This document shows, piece by piece, positions 38,194-52,243 of a stretch of DNA of 64,000 nt. Each line of letters opens with the position of its first letter. Position 1 is the first letter of the stretch. Source of the stretch: Eledone cirrhosa (lineage: Eukaryota). The translations under genes were made by a program, and so were the position numbers. The notes under the pieces are model-generated. The model was given only the letters and a program-made list of their open reading frames with translations. It had not been told where the DNA came from and did no database searches. Where the stretch lies: positions 308,822,001 to 308,886,000 of the forward strand of contig OZ024742.1 of assembly GCA_964016885.1 (NCBI GenBank), in the 5' to 3' direction.

Positions 38194-41100
38194 CTACAGG
38201 CTGATAAAGAGAGAAAGCCCATTCACACGGGCCATTCTCGCTAGTTTCACCCACCTTTCATAAAACTTGCTGGGGTAGAGCACCTCTCTCACCATTCTGA
38301 CCCTTCTCTTAAAATGGTATTTAAAGAAAAGGACCAGTTGTTGGCCGGAGAGAAAGGTGTCCGACCTCAGCCCTTTCAAACGTGTCCACCATACCACCTC
38401 TTTCACCATGGCTATTACACAGAGGAAGACCGCCTCTCCTTCCTTTTTGAAGGGGGGGGGCGGCTTGATCGTTACAATGGACTCAGTGGTCAACCGGATT
38501 GGTCCCACCCGTGACAGCAGTCGTTCGACATAGCCCCACAGATCGGCAACGCCCGAGCAGTGTACCAATGCGTGCGCAACGGTTTCCTCGTCGCGCACGC
38601 ATCTGGGACAGATTTTTCGAGGGGTCCCTACCCGGGCGCCCGTGTCTGTAGAGCTTTTCTCGAACGGGCAGCGCCCCTTGGTAGCACTGCCAGGCCAGGG
38701 ACTTCTGGAAGTTGTCCATAGGTCCCGGGCCAAATGTCCTCCCGAATAGGCTGGCCAGTTCGTCTTCCTCCATGCCTGGGCTTGTCCGAGGGCGTCGTCG
38801 CCCCTACTAACCACCAGCCCTCTATAGAATGACGAGGTGGAGTCTCCACTGATAGCCGGGTCCGCCTGCCAGAGAGCCGTGAGCGCCTGGGCACACTCGG
38901 TGTGCCAGGCGTCCAGTTTTCTCGGTCTTTGCTTGACCCAAGACTGCAGCTCGGTGAGCGAAACGAGTCTCGGAAAGGCTCGCCTCACAAACGGGGCCCA
39001 CACCGTTTGACCGGTGAGGAATACCTGGAGGTGCCGTAGCCTTAATGCGTGTTTACGCATCAACAGCCACGGCATCCCCAGCCCTCCTTTCGAAGGGTGT
39101 TGACAGCAGATGGATCTCCTCACCAAAGGAGCCCGCTTCTTCCAAAGGAATTGGAAGAGTGCGTGCTCCATTTTGGTGAGCGTTTCCCTTGGGCAAGGCA
39201 CGGCGGTCAGGCGGTAATAGATGACGGACGCTATATAAGCGTTCGCCACCTCCGCCCGACCTTAGTTGCACTCAGCCCACTTCCGCGTCAGCGCAAACAC
39301 CCTGTTCGATACCTCACTCCAGTTCTTCTCCACCTGGAGGTCTGGCCCGAACCAGACCCCGAGCAACTTCACCGGGCCCTCCGTCCAACGTCCGACGACG
39401 CGGTTGGAGTCCATCGGTTTGCCCCTCCACTCGCCGAGTTGCAAACCGACTGATTTGTCCCGGTTCAGCTTAGCCCCTGTAAACGTTTCGTATTCTTCCA
39501 GTAAGGTGCCGATCACTCCGATTTCCGAGCGGTTGACACCATTACTATTCACGTCATCGGCGTAGGCCGACACCGTTTTCCGCAATCCCGCTTCCAAAGG
39601 GATGCCCGGTAACAACTCCAACTTCCGCAGCACTGGCTCTAGGGCCAATACATAAAGAAGGGGGGAGAGAGGGCATCCTTGTCGGATTGACCGCGTGATT
39701 TCGAACGGCTCCGAGAGGTAGCCGTTCACCTTGACCCTAGAGCAGATGCGGCTGCTGTGCATGGCAGTGATCCAGCCCCTGAAAACGGGTCCGAAACCTT
39801 CCGCCACTAGCACCGCATCCAGATAACGATGGTCGACCCTATCGAACGCCTTATATTGATCCAAGTTGATCAGGGCCCGACCAAAGCCGAGTTCGTTCCC
39901 AACCCTCTCTATGATGTATCGCATGAGATGGAGGTTGTCGTGAATGGACCTGGACGGGATGGCGCATGTCTGCGCATCTCCCACCAGGTTGCCCACGACA
40001 AGCGCCAACCTCTTTGCTAACACCTTGGCCAAATCTTTAACTCTGCATTTAGCAGTGTTATGGGCCTAAAATTACTTATTTCATCCCTCTTGTTCTCGTC
40101 CTTCCTCACTAGCGAGACTACGACCTTGGTCACAGAACAGGGAATTCTCTCGTTCTGTTGCCAGTTGCATTAGACCGCTTCGAGGAGATCGAAGAACAAG
40201 TCCGGCATATTTAAATACAGTTCGTATGGAAGACCATCGAGACCCGGAGATTTTCGTCTGCCGCATTGGCTCAGCACGTCCCCTATCTCAGCAGCTGAGA
40301 TCGGCCTCTCGCAGGACTTCGCCTCCTCGTCCGAAAGACGCGGCAGGCCGTCGAGGTATGGACCGAGGTCCACATCCCCATCCGGCCCCTCCTCCCTTCC
40401 GAACAATCGGGCAAAGGGCCTTTGAAAGGCCTCGCACATCTGCTTAGGTTCAAGGATCACCCGTCCATCCTGGTCTCGCAAAGACCGGATAGTGGATCTA
40501 CTCCCTCTGTTGGCTTCTGTCGCGCGGGCCCAGCTAACAGCTTTGGTCCCCTCGTTTCCCAGAGCACGTATTTTGCTTCGGACGATGCAGCCTTCGTGTT
40601 TCGCGTCGAAGAACTGTCCCAGGGCTGTTCTCGACGCTAGCACTCTGGCCACGTCGCCGCTTCTAATTGCCTCTTCTACACTATCTACCAACTCCATTTC
40701 CTTCCTATTTCTATCTGAGGCTAGCTCCTTACTAACTCCTATTGAAGCTACTCTAATCTCTCTTTTGAGAGAGCCCCACCACCTGCCGTTGACGATGGCG
40801 CCCGTCAACCGCTCCTTATCTAATGTACTAATCCGGTTCCTGTAAGCTTTACTTGCCGGTAAGGACAAGTTGAGCTTCCAGTAACCGGGTCCCTGTCTAT
40901 GCGTTCTATCAAGTTGATCATGGAGGTCACTAACTTGTTGTCTGAATAGCCAACCATGAGCATTTTTGGACAACTTAAAAAGTCCCTATCCTTATTTCTA
41001 ACTAAGAACCTATCTAGGTACGATCTAGATTGACCGCTGTGGTTTCTCCAAGTCCAGATTGGCACAGCAGTCGGAAAATCTAGTCGATATCTATCGGCCA

Positions 41101-41621
41101 GGTCGAATCGGCTGATTAACCCCTTGAGGCTGTTACAACTCCCTCTATCAGGACATGCTCCTACATAGTCCCAACGTGCATCTAGGATACCATTCCAGTC
41201 CCCCACTAAAAGCAAGGAGCGGGACGTCCCTAGAGAAGTCTTCAGACGATTGAAGAAGTCCGGCCGCGTTGACCCAAAAGGGCCGTAGACGGCGACCAGC
41301 CTAAAAGCTCCGCCTTCACCACTGCCAATGTCCAGAACCACTAGTCGACCCTCCGGGTCCAAGTGTACCGTCTGTGTAGCGAGACCCAGATGTTTTTGCA
41401 GCAGAACGACAACTCCCACCCCCACCTCCGGGCTGACAGAGAGATGCGTGCATCTCAAAGTCATCAAAGGTGGGGGCCAGCTGTCGCACGCTGCTGATCC
41501 GGGCCTAGCAAATAACCATCACATTTATACATCGTGACCCGAGGTCATTTAGAAGCATTGCTTGCTTCCAAGGTGAGCCCAGGCCACGCGCATTTAGACA
41601 ACCTATTCTCAACACAGCCAT
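38194..41621 (-). pseudogene. ORF2: AP endonuclease, RT and C-terminal Cys-His domain, disrupted
   Basis: MAVLRIGCLNARGL, EGRLVVLD, VAVYGP, VGDWN, SYLDRFL, GPGYWKLN, KSPGLDGLPYELY, QGCPLSPLLY, YADD, CPRC..ETVAHALVHC; several stops and frameshifts. Confidence 0.92.
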
Positions 41622-41645
41622 GTTGGTGATAAAGAGAAAAGGCAC

Positions 41646-43504
41646 TTACCTCTCTGCGTCCCGGGGACCCGGCTGCACAATTTCCATGGGGTGGGGGATG
41701 GGTGGTTGGGTGTGGTTGTGGTTTGTGGAAGTGTAGGGCATCAGTGTGTGGTGGGGTTGGAGTGTTTGGAGTTGTGTAGGTGTCGGGGGGGGGGGGGGGG
41801 GGGGGGGGGTTAGGAGGACACGGTTAATAGGTCTGACGCAGGGGGCCCCCACGTCCTCTTTAAAAGTGTCTTTTAACGTTTTGTAAATGTCCATTGGGGC
41901 TTTTATCATTTTTAGATGGGGACGCCCCGTTGCTTGTGCGAAATTCGAACCTTCGATTTTTATTAAGTTGTTATTATAAATAACGTTTAACAGTTTGTTT
42001 GTTCATTGTATTTATGTAAGTAGATGCAATTTTTTCTTTTTGCGTGATGTTTTTTGTTTGCTGTTGTTGTGTGTTTTTTTCTGTCGATGTCTGTGATATG
42101 TCTTGGGGAGGGGTTGTTTGTATTTGTGTTCCTGTGGTGTGTTTTCTTTTTTTTTTTTTACTTTATGAAAGTGCCCCCCCCCCCCCTTCGTCTGACGACG
42201 AAAGGGTGTCGTCTTCCGTATTCGAGGGGAGGGGTTCATTTTCGGCTCTTGTTTGTGGTGTGGGTGTTATTGTATTTGTTTTCTGTGTGGGGGGATGGGT
42301 GGGATTGTTTTCAGTTGTGTTTGTGGTGGTGGTGGAGGTTGTGTTGTTAGTGTTGTAGTTGTTGGTGTGGACAAAATCGGTGTTTTTTTGTTTGCTTGGG
42401 AACAGGCAGCCCCCAGGTGACCTCTGCCACCACAGAGATAACAAGCGGGTCGTCTACCCTCCACTGTGATGTGTAAGTAGGCAAGTCCATCCAGCAATAT
42501 GCGGTCGGGAATCCTAGCAATTCGTTCTGGCTGATTTGCACCAAAACTTGCAGGTTAGTTCCACCAAACACGTTGCTGGAAGACTTACCTACCGAAATTA
42601 CTGCATCCACTTTCAAGTCGAGGAGGCCACACAGTACCGCCCAGAAATCAATATCTTGATCGATACTGTGTATGGTCAATCTTTGTGTTTTTCTTCCCAA
42701 ATAAGTGGGGAAGAAGGTAAATAAGGGGGACACAATTGGGGCCAGGGAATGTTTTTCGGTCGTCAATTTATCTTTCATTCGGATGGATAGACTACCGTAG
42801 AGTCTATCCATCCGAATGAATACAATGTTTTTTCAGATGGTCTTTTAACGCCAGTTCAATCTGTCTGTGTGACGTGTACTGGTTTACGGCTTTTGTTTGA
42901 TATTGTCCTATAAATAATAGTTTTTAAGCTATTTTCCTTTTTTAGCTCTGGGGGAGAATTTAAAGAAAATAGACCATTCTCCTCCAAAGTTATATACTTC
43001 CGTGCATTTTCCATTTGCTGGGCCAAGTTCGAAATGTCGATAGTTTTTTTATGCTTTGCGCGAACGTCATTTTGTTCGCCCCCTCTCTGTTTACATCTGT
43101 CGAAATGTGGTTTTCTTGTTTTTTGTTGTTACAATTTTTATTTTTTGTTGCGTTTGTGTTATTTATGTTGGTGTATGCGTTCACATGTTTTTCCCCGTTG
43201 GGGTTAGACTCCATTTTTTCAAAATGTTCACTTATATTTTCAGTATCCGAGAGACTTGTAGTCACAGGTACTACTTCTCTTTCAGCTTTGCGTGAAAAGT
43301 CGAAACGGCATCCATTAATTTTGGCAATTTCTCCGAGTCAATGTTTTTCACATTTTTTTCATTAGGGTTAGGCTCTATTTTTTCAATGTTTCTAATAATA
43401 ATTATTCTTTCAGTAGAGAGGCTTGTTGCCTCCGCTACCCGCTCTCCTTCAGTTTGTTTAGTGGGCGTGTCATCGTTACCTGTGGTAATGGCTTCCATTA
43501 CCAC
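41646..43504 (-). pseudogene. ORF1 gag-like protein with CCHC zinc knuckle, disrupted
   Basis: VEGRRPACYLCGGRGHLGAAC (Cx2Cx4Hx4C); collinear fragments 43504-43271, 43265-42990, 42811-42347, 41909-41646. Confidence 0.8.
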
Positions 43505-43727
43505 TAGCGTAGAGACAATTACAAGATTTTAGGATGAAAAATTTAACCCCAAAAGGGGTGAAATAAATTAACCCTAATGTCCGAAGACCCAGGCAAGGGG
43601 GTTAATTAACACAATAATGCAAGAATATAGACAGACACTTACTGTTAACACGTAATATCTCCAATACTCTAGGAGCCGATGTGAAGAACGTCTATACCAT
43701 CCGGAGATAGTTAGATAGATAAATAGA

Positions 43728-43800
43728 TTTCTTTATTTGCCACAAGGGCGTACAAAAATGGGACATTACAAGACGTGACGGCGGGAGTTTTACATAAAAA
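43728..43800 (-). mobile_element. Tx1-family 3' tip, copy C
   Basis: tttctttatttgccacaagggcgtacaaaaatgggac matches the 3' ends at 37967 and 45209; GATA repeats on both sides. Confidence 0.8.
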
Positions 43801-44367
43801 GGATAGATAGTGTTGTTAGTGTTGGTTTGATAGTTGATAGATTGGTTTGATAGTTGAGAGGAATATTACAATTGACATTTATATAAGGAAACCTTAGAAA
43901 AGAGACGGTAAAACTCTGACAGTGAAAGCAACAAAAAGAAAACACTGCAAAAGCTTAACAGAGAGAGGACATTGCTTAAGAGAGGAGGGGTCTCAAGATA
44001 GTTTCTGCTTCACCAACAGACAAGGATATTTCTGTAGTTTTCAAGCCCCTCTTTAGATACCATATATACTGAGATAGTGAAGCTGGTAGGTAGGTAGGTA
44101 GGTAAATAGATAGATAGATAAGTAGGTAGATGGGTTGCGTATCTATATATCTACCTACCTACCTACCTACCTGCCTCTCTTTATCGAGGGAGAAGAGGGG
44201 GGAAGCAGATGATGACGGCCATTAAAGGAAATATTACAAGCTGAGACATCCATGAGTTAAAAGACAGAAATTTCGTTTCATCTGGTAATTTATTCTTTGG
44301 ACACTTAATTATACTTTAATCAGATTAAATAAAAAATCACATACAAATATATTAACACACATATATT

Positions 44368-44447
44368 CAGGATGTCCCCAAAAAATGTATACATATTTTG
44401 ATTAAAATGACTTTGAAGTGTGTATACATTTTGGGGGGGACATCCTG
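44368..44447. mobile_element. 80-bp Tc1/mariner-type MITE
   Basis: TIRs caggatgtccccaaaaaatgtataca / tgtatacattttgggggggacatcctg; right flank TA, left TT. Confidence 0.8.
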
Positions 44448-44814
44448 TATTTATAGTGGTATGTAAATTACAAAACATTCACAACGAATAGACACGAATA
44501 GACACCCAAGCACGTTCACACATATACATATCGATTAATATAAATACATGGTAAAAGTACAGCCACTCACATGTACATGCTTATGCACTTACAACTGCGT
44601 GCGTTCGGAGAATTAAATAGAAAAACAACTCTTTAAATTGAAGTATTTCGCTTCATTTATTTTCCAAGTGATCACATAGTGGTGTGTGAAACCAGAGGTA
44701 TGTGACCGTTTGCCAAGTATCACATAATCAGATAAACACATCTCTCTCTCACAAACTTACACATACATATATGTGTGTGTGTGAGCGTGTTTACATATGT
44801 GTATATACATATAT

Positions 44815-45030
44815 ATGAATTCGTATATAGGCACAGGGCCAGCAATTTGGGGAAGGGAAAAGTCGATTAAATCGACCCCAGTGCGTGACTGGTACTTTAT
44901 TTTATCGACCTCGTAAGGATGAGAGGCAAAGTTAGCCTCGGCAGGATTTGAACTCAGATCATCAAGGGCCGTAACCCTATGCTGCAAAGCATTGCGTCCA
45001 ACCCTCTACCGATACTGCCAATCCACCGCC
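44815..45030 (-). mobile_element. SINE family A, near full length
   Basis: Reverse complement of the 25170/972 consensus including A and B boxes. Confidence 0.88.
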
Positions 45031-45143
45031 TGTATATAAATATATATATGCAAGCACACATACATAAACAGATTGATAAATTGATAGATATATAGAGAGA
45101 TAAATAGATGGAGAGATAGATAGATAAATATATAGATAGATAT

Positions 45144-45208
<65 letters not shown>

Positions 45209-45209
<1 letters not shown>

Positions 45210-46154
45210 TTCTTTATTTTCCACAAGGGCGCACAAGAAAAGGGGACAATACAAAGACATGCCGGGGATTTTACATACAGTCGTGTAAAAAATATCAAAA
45301 CAAACAATTACAACAATCGAAATCCCCAATAGGGGGGAAGCGCCACAAATGGGTTGTTTAATACCCCGTCGATAGAACAACCCTCAACTTCAGGAGCGTG
45401 TTGTGCAAGTGCTCCTTTCTTCCTTTTGCTCTCTTCTTTAACCTACAGGCTTATAAACAGAGAAGGCCCAATCACTCGGGCCATTTTCGCTTCATTCACC
45501 CACGTTTCAGTAAATTTACTGGGGTGCAGTGCCTCTCTCTCCACTCTGATTCTCCTGCTAAAGTAATACTTAAAGAAGGGAATCAATTGTTGTCCGGAGA
45601 GAAAGGCATTAGTCCTCAGTCCTCTTAATCTCGTCCACCATATAACTTCTTTCAACATAGCCACCGTACAGAGGAAAACCACCTCTCTTTCGTTTTTGAA
45701 AGATGCTGGCGGTTTGGTCCTTACTATGGACTCGGCAGTCAACTGGATTTGTCCCATACGCGACAGCAGTTGTTCTGCATATTCCACAGGTCGCTTACGC
45801 CCGGGCAGTGTACAATTGCGTGCAAGACTGTTTCAATGTCCTGCTCGCATCTTGAACACGTCCTCTCGGAAGGATCCCTGTCGGGGCGTCCGTGCCTGTA
45901 GGTCTTGTCTCGAACGGGTAGAGCTCCTTGGTAGCACTGCCAAACCAGGGACCTCTCGAAGTTGTCCTACCGAACAGACTGGTGAGTTAGTCGTTTTCGA
46001 CGCCTAGAGTCTCCCCGAGCACGTCGCACTTGTAAAGTACTAACCCTCTATAGAATGTTGAAGTGGAGTCTCCACTGATTGCTGTGCCCGCTTGACAGAG
46101 GACTATGAGCGCCTGGGCGCATTCAATGTGCCAGGCGCCCATCTTCTTCGGTCT
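45209..46154 (-). mobile_element. 5'-truncated Tx1-family copy D inside (GATA)n
   Basis: ORF2 C-terminus (VIWWTRLRGL..SLFISL) homologous to 38194-38930; long GATA arrays at 45080-45208 and 46155-46250. Confidence 0.92.
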
Positions 46155-46164
46155 AGATAGATAA

Positions 46165-46252
<88 letters not shown>

Positions 46253-46360
46253 AGAGAGAAAGAGACAGTATTCAAAACAGTTGGATTAAATAACCTTTAC
46301 TTATACTGAGTCTACATCAGTCGGTAGTTGAATGTCTTGTTCTCGGTGACTGAGGATATA

Positions 46361-46406
<46 letters not shown>

Positions 46407-46458
46407 TATATGTTTGTATATATATGCTTATTTGTGTATATGTGTGTGAGTGAATGTG

Positions 46459-46510
<52 letters not shown>

Positions 46511-46539
46511 CATATACATATATATATACATACATATAC

Positions 46540-46586
<47 letters not shown>

Positions 46587-46766
46587 CATATATATATATA
46601 CATATATATATATATACATATATACATACATATATATATATATATATACATACATATACACGTATATAAGAATTAAAATACTAGAGTGCGTCGGAGTTAA
46701 ACACACTCGTCGTATTATAGAAATGATTATATACTGGTGTTTTGGCCTTTATATATATCTGACAGT

Positions 46767-49339
46767 ATGCTAACAAAGAGCTACTTGCCTTTATCTCTGA
46801 AGAATATTCCCATCCCCTCTAGAAATACTTATGAAAAACTCTTGATTGCTATCGTTAACTCCTTCGTAAAAAGGATTAGATGGCGTGCTTTCCACTTTGA
46901 TAATAATAGGAATAGGATTAACCCCTGGGATAAGACTCCATTCAATAACTTTGGCTTCAAGACTTATAAAAGTCCACCGCATAATGTTCTATTAGATAAT
47001 TTTGAGAACGATTTACTTTCCCTTGTCAAAAATATAAAATATAAGCCGCGTAATAAATATAGGAACTATAATAAATTTGACAGGTTCCAGTCTAAACTTA
47101 AGAATATTGTTAAGGATTTTAAAGGGAATAAGTCTATTCTTGTCCCGGCTGACAAGACTAAGAATCTTTACTCTATGTATTATATTGCTTACCGTAATTT
47201 TATTTATAAGGAGCTGCATAAAAATTACAAAAAGACTACGCAGGATAATTTGGATCAAATCAATAATGAGGACCTCAAGATAGTTTCGGATCTGGGTCTT
47301 GATAAGTATACCCAACCATATTACCCTAGGGAACCGAGATTCACACTTAAGGATCATAAGGTTGACTTCATAAGTAATCCTTCTGTTAGACTTATCAGTC
47401 CTTCTAAGTCTGATATAGCTATAGTTAGTAAGAAAATTCTTGACCTGATTATACCTACCGTTAGGGAAAAGGTTCATTTTAATCTATGGGGGAATACTAA
47501 GGATGTTATTGATTGGTTCTCTGGTATTAATAAGCTTGAGTCTAGTAGGTTTATCCAGTTTGATATGGACGCCTATTACACGTCGATTTCACCTATCCTC
47601 CTTAATAAAGCCTTAATTATGGCCATGCGAATGTCTAGTCTTACGCGACTCCAGATTGATGTTATACTAGCCGCCCGTAGGACTATCATCAAATTCGAAG
47701 ATACACTTTGGACGCGTAAAAACACACCCAACAACTTTGACGTTACAATAGGTTCGAGTGATTCGGCGCAGGTAACTGATCTTGTTGGGCCGTTCCTCTT
47801 GAACGAACTGTATGTTAGCTTTCCGCACCTTAAAGGTGGACTTTATCGTGACGATGCATTATTTGTGATAAACTCTAGCACTAATAACATTGAGCATAAT
47901 AGGAAGAAGCTATATAAATTTTTTTAAAATTTTAACCTTTCGATCACGATTGATAAGAATGATAGAGCAGTTAACTTTTTAGATGTGACATTAGACTTGG
48001 TCACTAATAGTTATAAACCCTTCCACAAGCCAAATGAGACACTCTCTTACGTTAATCCTAATTCCAACCACCCTAAATCTATTATTAGTTCTATAATTAA
48101 TGGTGTATCTAATAGAATCTCTAGACTCTCTCAGGATATAGGAATCTTTAATTCGCATGCAGAGTATTATAATAATGCCCTAGCTAACTCTGGTTACTCT
48201 GGTAGAATACATTATAAGGAGGACAACCTTGGAATGACTCCAATTACCCATAATAACGTAATATCCCATAATATGGCCTTGAATAAGAGTAGAAATTATA
48301 GGAATCATAGAAATCTTATAGATATATCCAAACCGAACCCTAAGTTTAGCTACCGAAATAGTAATCGTAATAGTGAGTCTAATGGTACGCATTTCGAGAT
48401 TAGTTCTAATGAACAGGATAGGCGCTCTGAACGTTCATCCAGTGGTAATGTTTTAACTGCTTCTAATAGTGTTATTTCAACTGGTCCTCGTATTAACCCT
48501 TATCCTATTAATAAGATACCAGATAACGGTAGGGATAGTAAAAGTAAGAATAGGAGGAGACTCAATACCTACTTTAACCCACCTTATGATCATGAAGTAT
48601 TAACTAATATCCCTAGGTCATTCTTTTCTATTTTAGAGAAAAATTTCCCTCCTACTAATAAATATCATGGTATCTTTAATAAGAATGTAATTAAACTCTC
48701 CTTCTCTACCACCCCTAACATTAATTCTCATCTAGCTAGCACTAACAATAGGAAAATTAGGGACAGCTACTCCTCCATGCGTACTACTAATCTAGATAGC
48801 TCTATTAATAATTTACCACCCGAGCAGATCTTATCTTATAATAACCCTAGGAATAATGCATCTCGTAGTCAGCGAGTCACTAGTACCCGGAAATGTAACT
48901 GTAGATTAAGTAATAACTGCCCTTTAAATGGTCACTGCCTCTCTAGGAACATTGTTTATGCATGTGTAGTTAAGACTAATTCTTCTTGTAGCACATATAT
49001 AGGCTCCACATCTAATACTTTTAAAACTAGGTTTAATTCACATATTTCTAATTTTAAGCATATCAAGTTTAAGAACTCTACTTCTTTGGCACACCATATC
49101 TGGGATTTAAAAGGGGCTGGTATAGCCTAAATTGGCGAATAGTAGCACACTCTAATCACCTATCAACACACACTAAGTTCTGTAATCTTTGTATCCTAGA
49201 GATCCACTCTATCATTTTCTCTAGGAACATATTGCTTAATAGAAAATCTGAAATATTTTCTTCCTGTCCGCATGCCATTTCTAATTCTTTCTTCTATTAT
49301 AGACCTAAAAGTTCTGGTAGTTTAAACCGTATCCATTAG
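46767..49339 (+). pseudogene. PLE RT + GIY-YIG ORF (one stop at 47925, frameshift near 49130)
   Basis: SLKNIPIP, VPADKT, TLKDHK, RLISPSKS, QFDMDAYYTSI, FDVTIGS, GLYRDD, FLDVTL, SNHP, YFNPPY, CNCRLSNNCPLNGHC, IVY..YIGST..FK.RF..H, CNLC, LLNRKSE. Confidence 0.92.
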
Positions 49340-50830
49340 CTGCTATATTTCCTTATATCTTAGGTTTTAGTTCATTACTATTACTATTATTATTTGTTTT
49401 CTACGGTTTTTCGATTTTAGTTTCCATAGTCTTATTAGCTACCTTACCCTATCTATCATCTTAAACATTATTACATTTTTACTCACTATTATCGCCTTAT
49501 AAGTTGGTATCTTATTGAATAGTTTAATTTTGAGTCTCCTACATCTAAAACTAATAAACCTCCTCCTTTCCACACTTAATATTCGCCCCTTTTTATTTAT
49601 ATTATATATAAATTTTACTTTTATGCTCCTTCCTATCCTCCATAGTTTCACTTCTTTCTGTTCCCATTGGTCTACCATAGTTTTATTTAGAGTTTTTCTT
49701 TGATAACGTAATTCGTCTGAACGGAACGTAATATATCTTGATAGTTTTTATGGAAATATCTTAATTTTATACGACTTTGATGACAAACTTTGTTCCATTC
49801 GAAGTGACCAATAATATCTTTCAAGTAATTTTAATATCAATTAATTTAATAGGGTTTTTTCTATTCAATTCTTTCATCTATATTTACCTAACGACTTAAT
49901 ACCTACGTAACTGTGCTTGTTTTTGTTTTTATTCTTCGTTTTATTTTATTTATTTTTTTACTACCACATGCTGCTGTCTGTCTTCCTATCATACGTTATT
50001 GTATCATAATATGTCTCCCTATATCAATCGCGTAAATATGTCTTAAGCATTTTCCATTGACTCTGTCTATCTGCTATTATAATATTAACATTGATATATC
50101 ATATTATTTTTATGTAATTGAATTATAGATATCAATATATGTCAGATATTTGAGGTACTGTTTTGTAATATTTTGTAATATTTTATGAATGTAAACTGCC
50201 TATACCTCTATGTGTGTATTGTCAATACTTTATGTATTTATATATATTTTTTCAACATACTTTAGTTTTGTATGATATTCTTTCTTACCCTGTGAAAAAC
50301 TTTATATACAATTTATTGACCTTAAATAATATGTATGATGTAGTTTTATATATTTTTTTATGTCAGTATATTATTCTATTGTTTTCTGTATTGTTTATGC
50401 ACAACGTCAGGGTGATTGGTTTATTCGATTATAAAGGTTTTTTATATTATAACGAGTATATTTATATTTAAATACTTAATAAGTGTTAGTATGTGTTTGT
50501 GTAAATGTGTATATATATGGATATATATATATATATACATATATTAAGCTTTTTATTCCTTATTATCCATTATATTGTATTCAATATCATATTGTAATTC
50601 TCACATTATATTACTATGTTGTGTTTCATGTGTTTGTATTATACTGTACTTTCAACGTAGGTTTGACATGTTACTCGCTTTCATGCCCTATAGTCTATAT
50701 ATGTAACTGCAAACTTTTAGGTTTAGCATGCTTTTCCTTGATATCTTTCCTAAGCTTTCATAAATATAAATTCCCTTTTCTTCTGAGTTTTGGCTTGTTC
50801 TGGCCGTTAATGCTTTTTGTCTCTTTGCTT

Positions 50831-50871
50831 GCCCTGATGAGTCCTTATTAATAGGACGAAACATTATTGGC
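50831..50871 (+). ncRNA. Type I hammerhead ribozyme
   Basis: GCC-CUGAUGA-GUCCU-uauuaau-AGGAC-GAAA-cauu-AUU/-GGC, then AATAAA at 50873. Confidence 0.85.
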
Positions 50872-51071
50872 TAATAAAGACTTTTGATGTATTGAAGGCC
50901 TCTTTGTTTATTTTTTATAATTTTTATAATTATTTATAATTTTTATAATACATATATATATATACATATATATATATACATATACATATACATATATATA
51001 TACATATATACATATATATATATATATACATACATATATATATATATATATACATACATATATATATATAC

Positions 51072-51157
<86 letters not shown>

Positions 51158-51301
51158 ATATATTAGAAAGTGAGGTTATTTTTACAAAATGAAAAATAAC
51201 CGAGGTGTCCTACACGAGTGAAAGTATAAAGGAAAAGAGATGAAATCGAAAATGCAACTGGAGTCTTATTTTTTTATAAAATATATATATTTTTATTTGG
51301 T

Positions 51302-51341
51302 TCCTTTACCGGTTTCGCAGTTCTTCTGCTTTTCAAAAGGA
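51302..51341 (-). ncRNA. Minimal hammerhead, U3:A8 core variant, in a solo pLTR fragment (~51165-51410)
   Basis: UCCUU-UUGAAAA-GCAG-aagaa-CUGC-GAAACCGGUA/-AAGGA; all three stems intact. Confidence 0.8.
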
Positions 51342-51413
51342 GAGTTGAGATGGAGGGTCTGTGGTTTTTCTCACATCTGGTTGGTCTCTGAATGTTACTT
51401 GTTTTATATATTA

Positions 51414-51471
<58 letters not shown>

Positions 51472-51499
51472 TATACATACATATATATATATATACTTA

Positions 51500-51573
<74 letters not shown>

Positions 51574-51748
51574 TTAATATATATATATATACATATATAC
51601 ATATATACATATATATACATATATATACATATATATACATACATATATACGTATATATATATATATATACATATATATACATACATATATACATATATAT
51701 ATATATACATATATATACATACATATATATATATATATATATATGTAT

Positions 51749-51783
<35 letters not shown>

Positions 51784-51908
51784 CATATATACATATATAT
51801 ATATATATACATACATATATACATATATATATATATACATATATATACATACATATATACATTTATATATATATATACATATATATACATACATATATAT
51901 ATATATAT

Positions 51909-51941
<33 letters not shown>

Positions 51942-52009
51942 TATATACATATATATATATATACATATATATACATACATATATACATATATATATATAT
52001 ACATATATA

Positions 52010-52041
<32 letters not shown>

Positions 52042-52243
52042 CATATATATACATATATATATATATATGCATACATATATATATATAATATATATATATA
52101 CATATATATATATATAATATATATATATACATATATATATATACATATATATATATAATATATATATACATATATATATATAATATATATATACATATAT
52201 ACATACATATATATACATATATATATACACACATTCACTCACA

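Larger units (their letters stand above)
37967..43704 (-). mobile_element. Full-length Tx1/L1-clade non-LTR retrotransposon, copy B
   Basis: ORF1 with CCHC knuckle, ORF2 APE-RT-Cys domain, 3' end gtggcaaataaatagaaa; both ends abut (GATA)n. Confidence 0.93.
46665..50948 (+). mobile_element. Near full-length Hydra-type Penelope-like element
   Basis: RT and GIY-YIG ORF, ~1.6-kb AT-rich 3' UTR, hammerhead and AATAAA, (TA)n on both sides. Confidence 0.92.
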
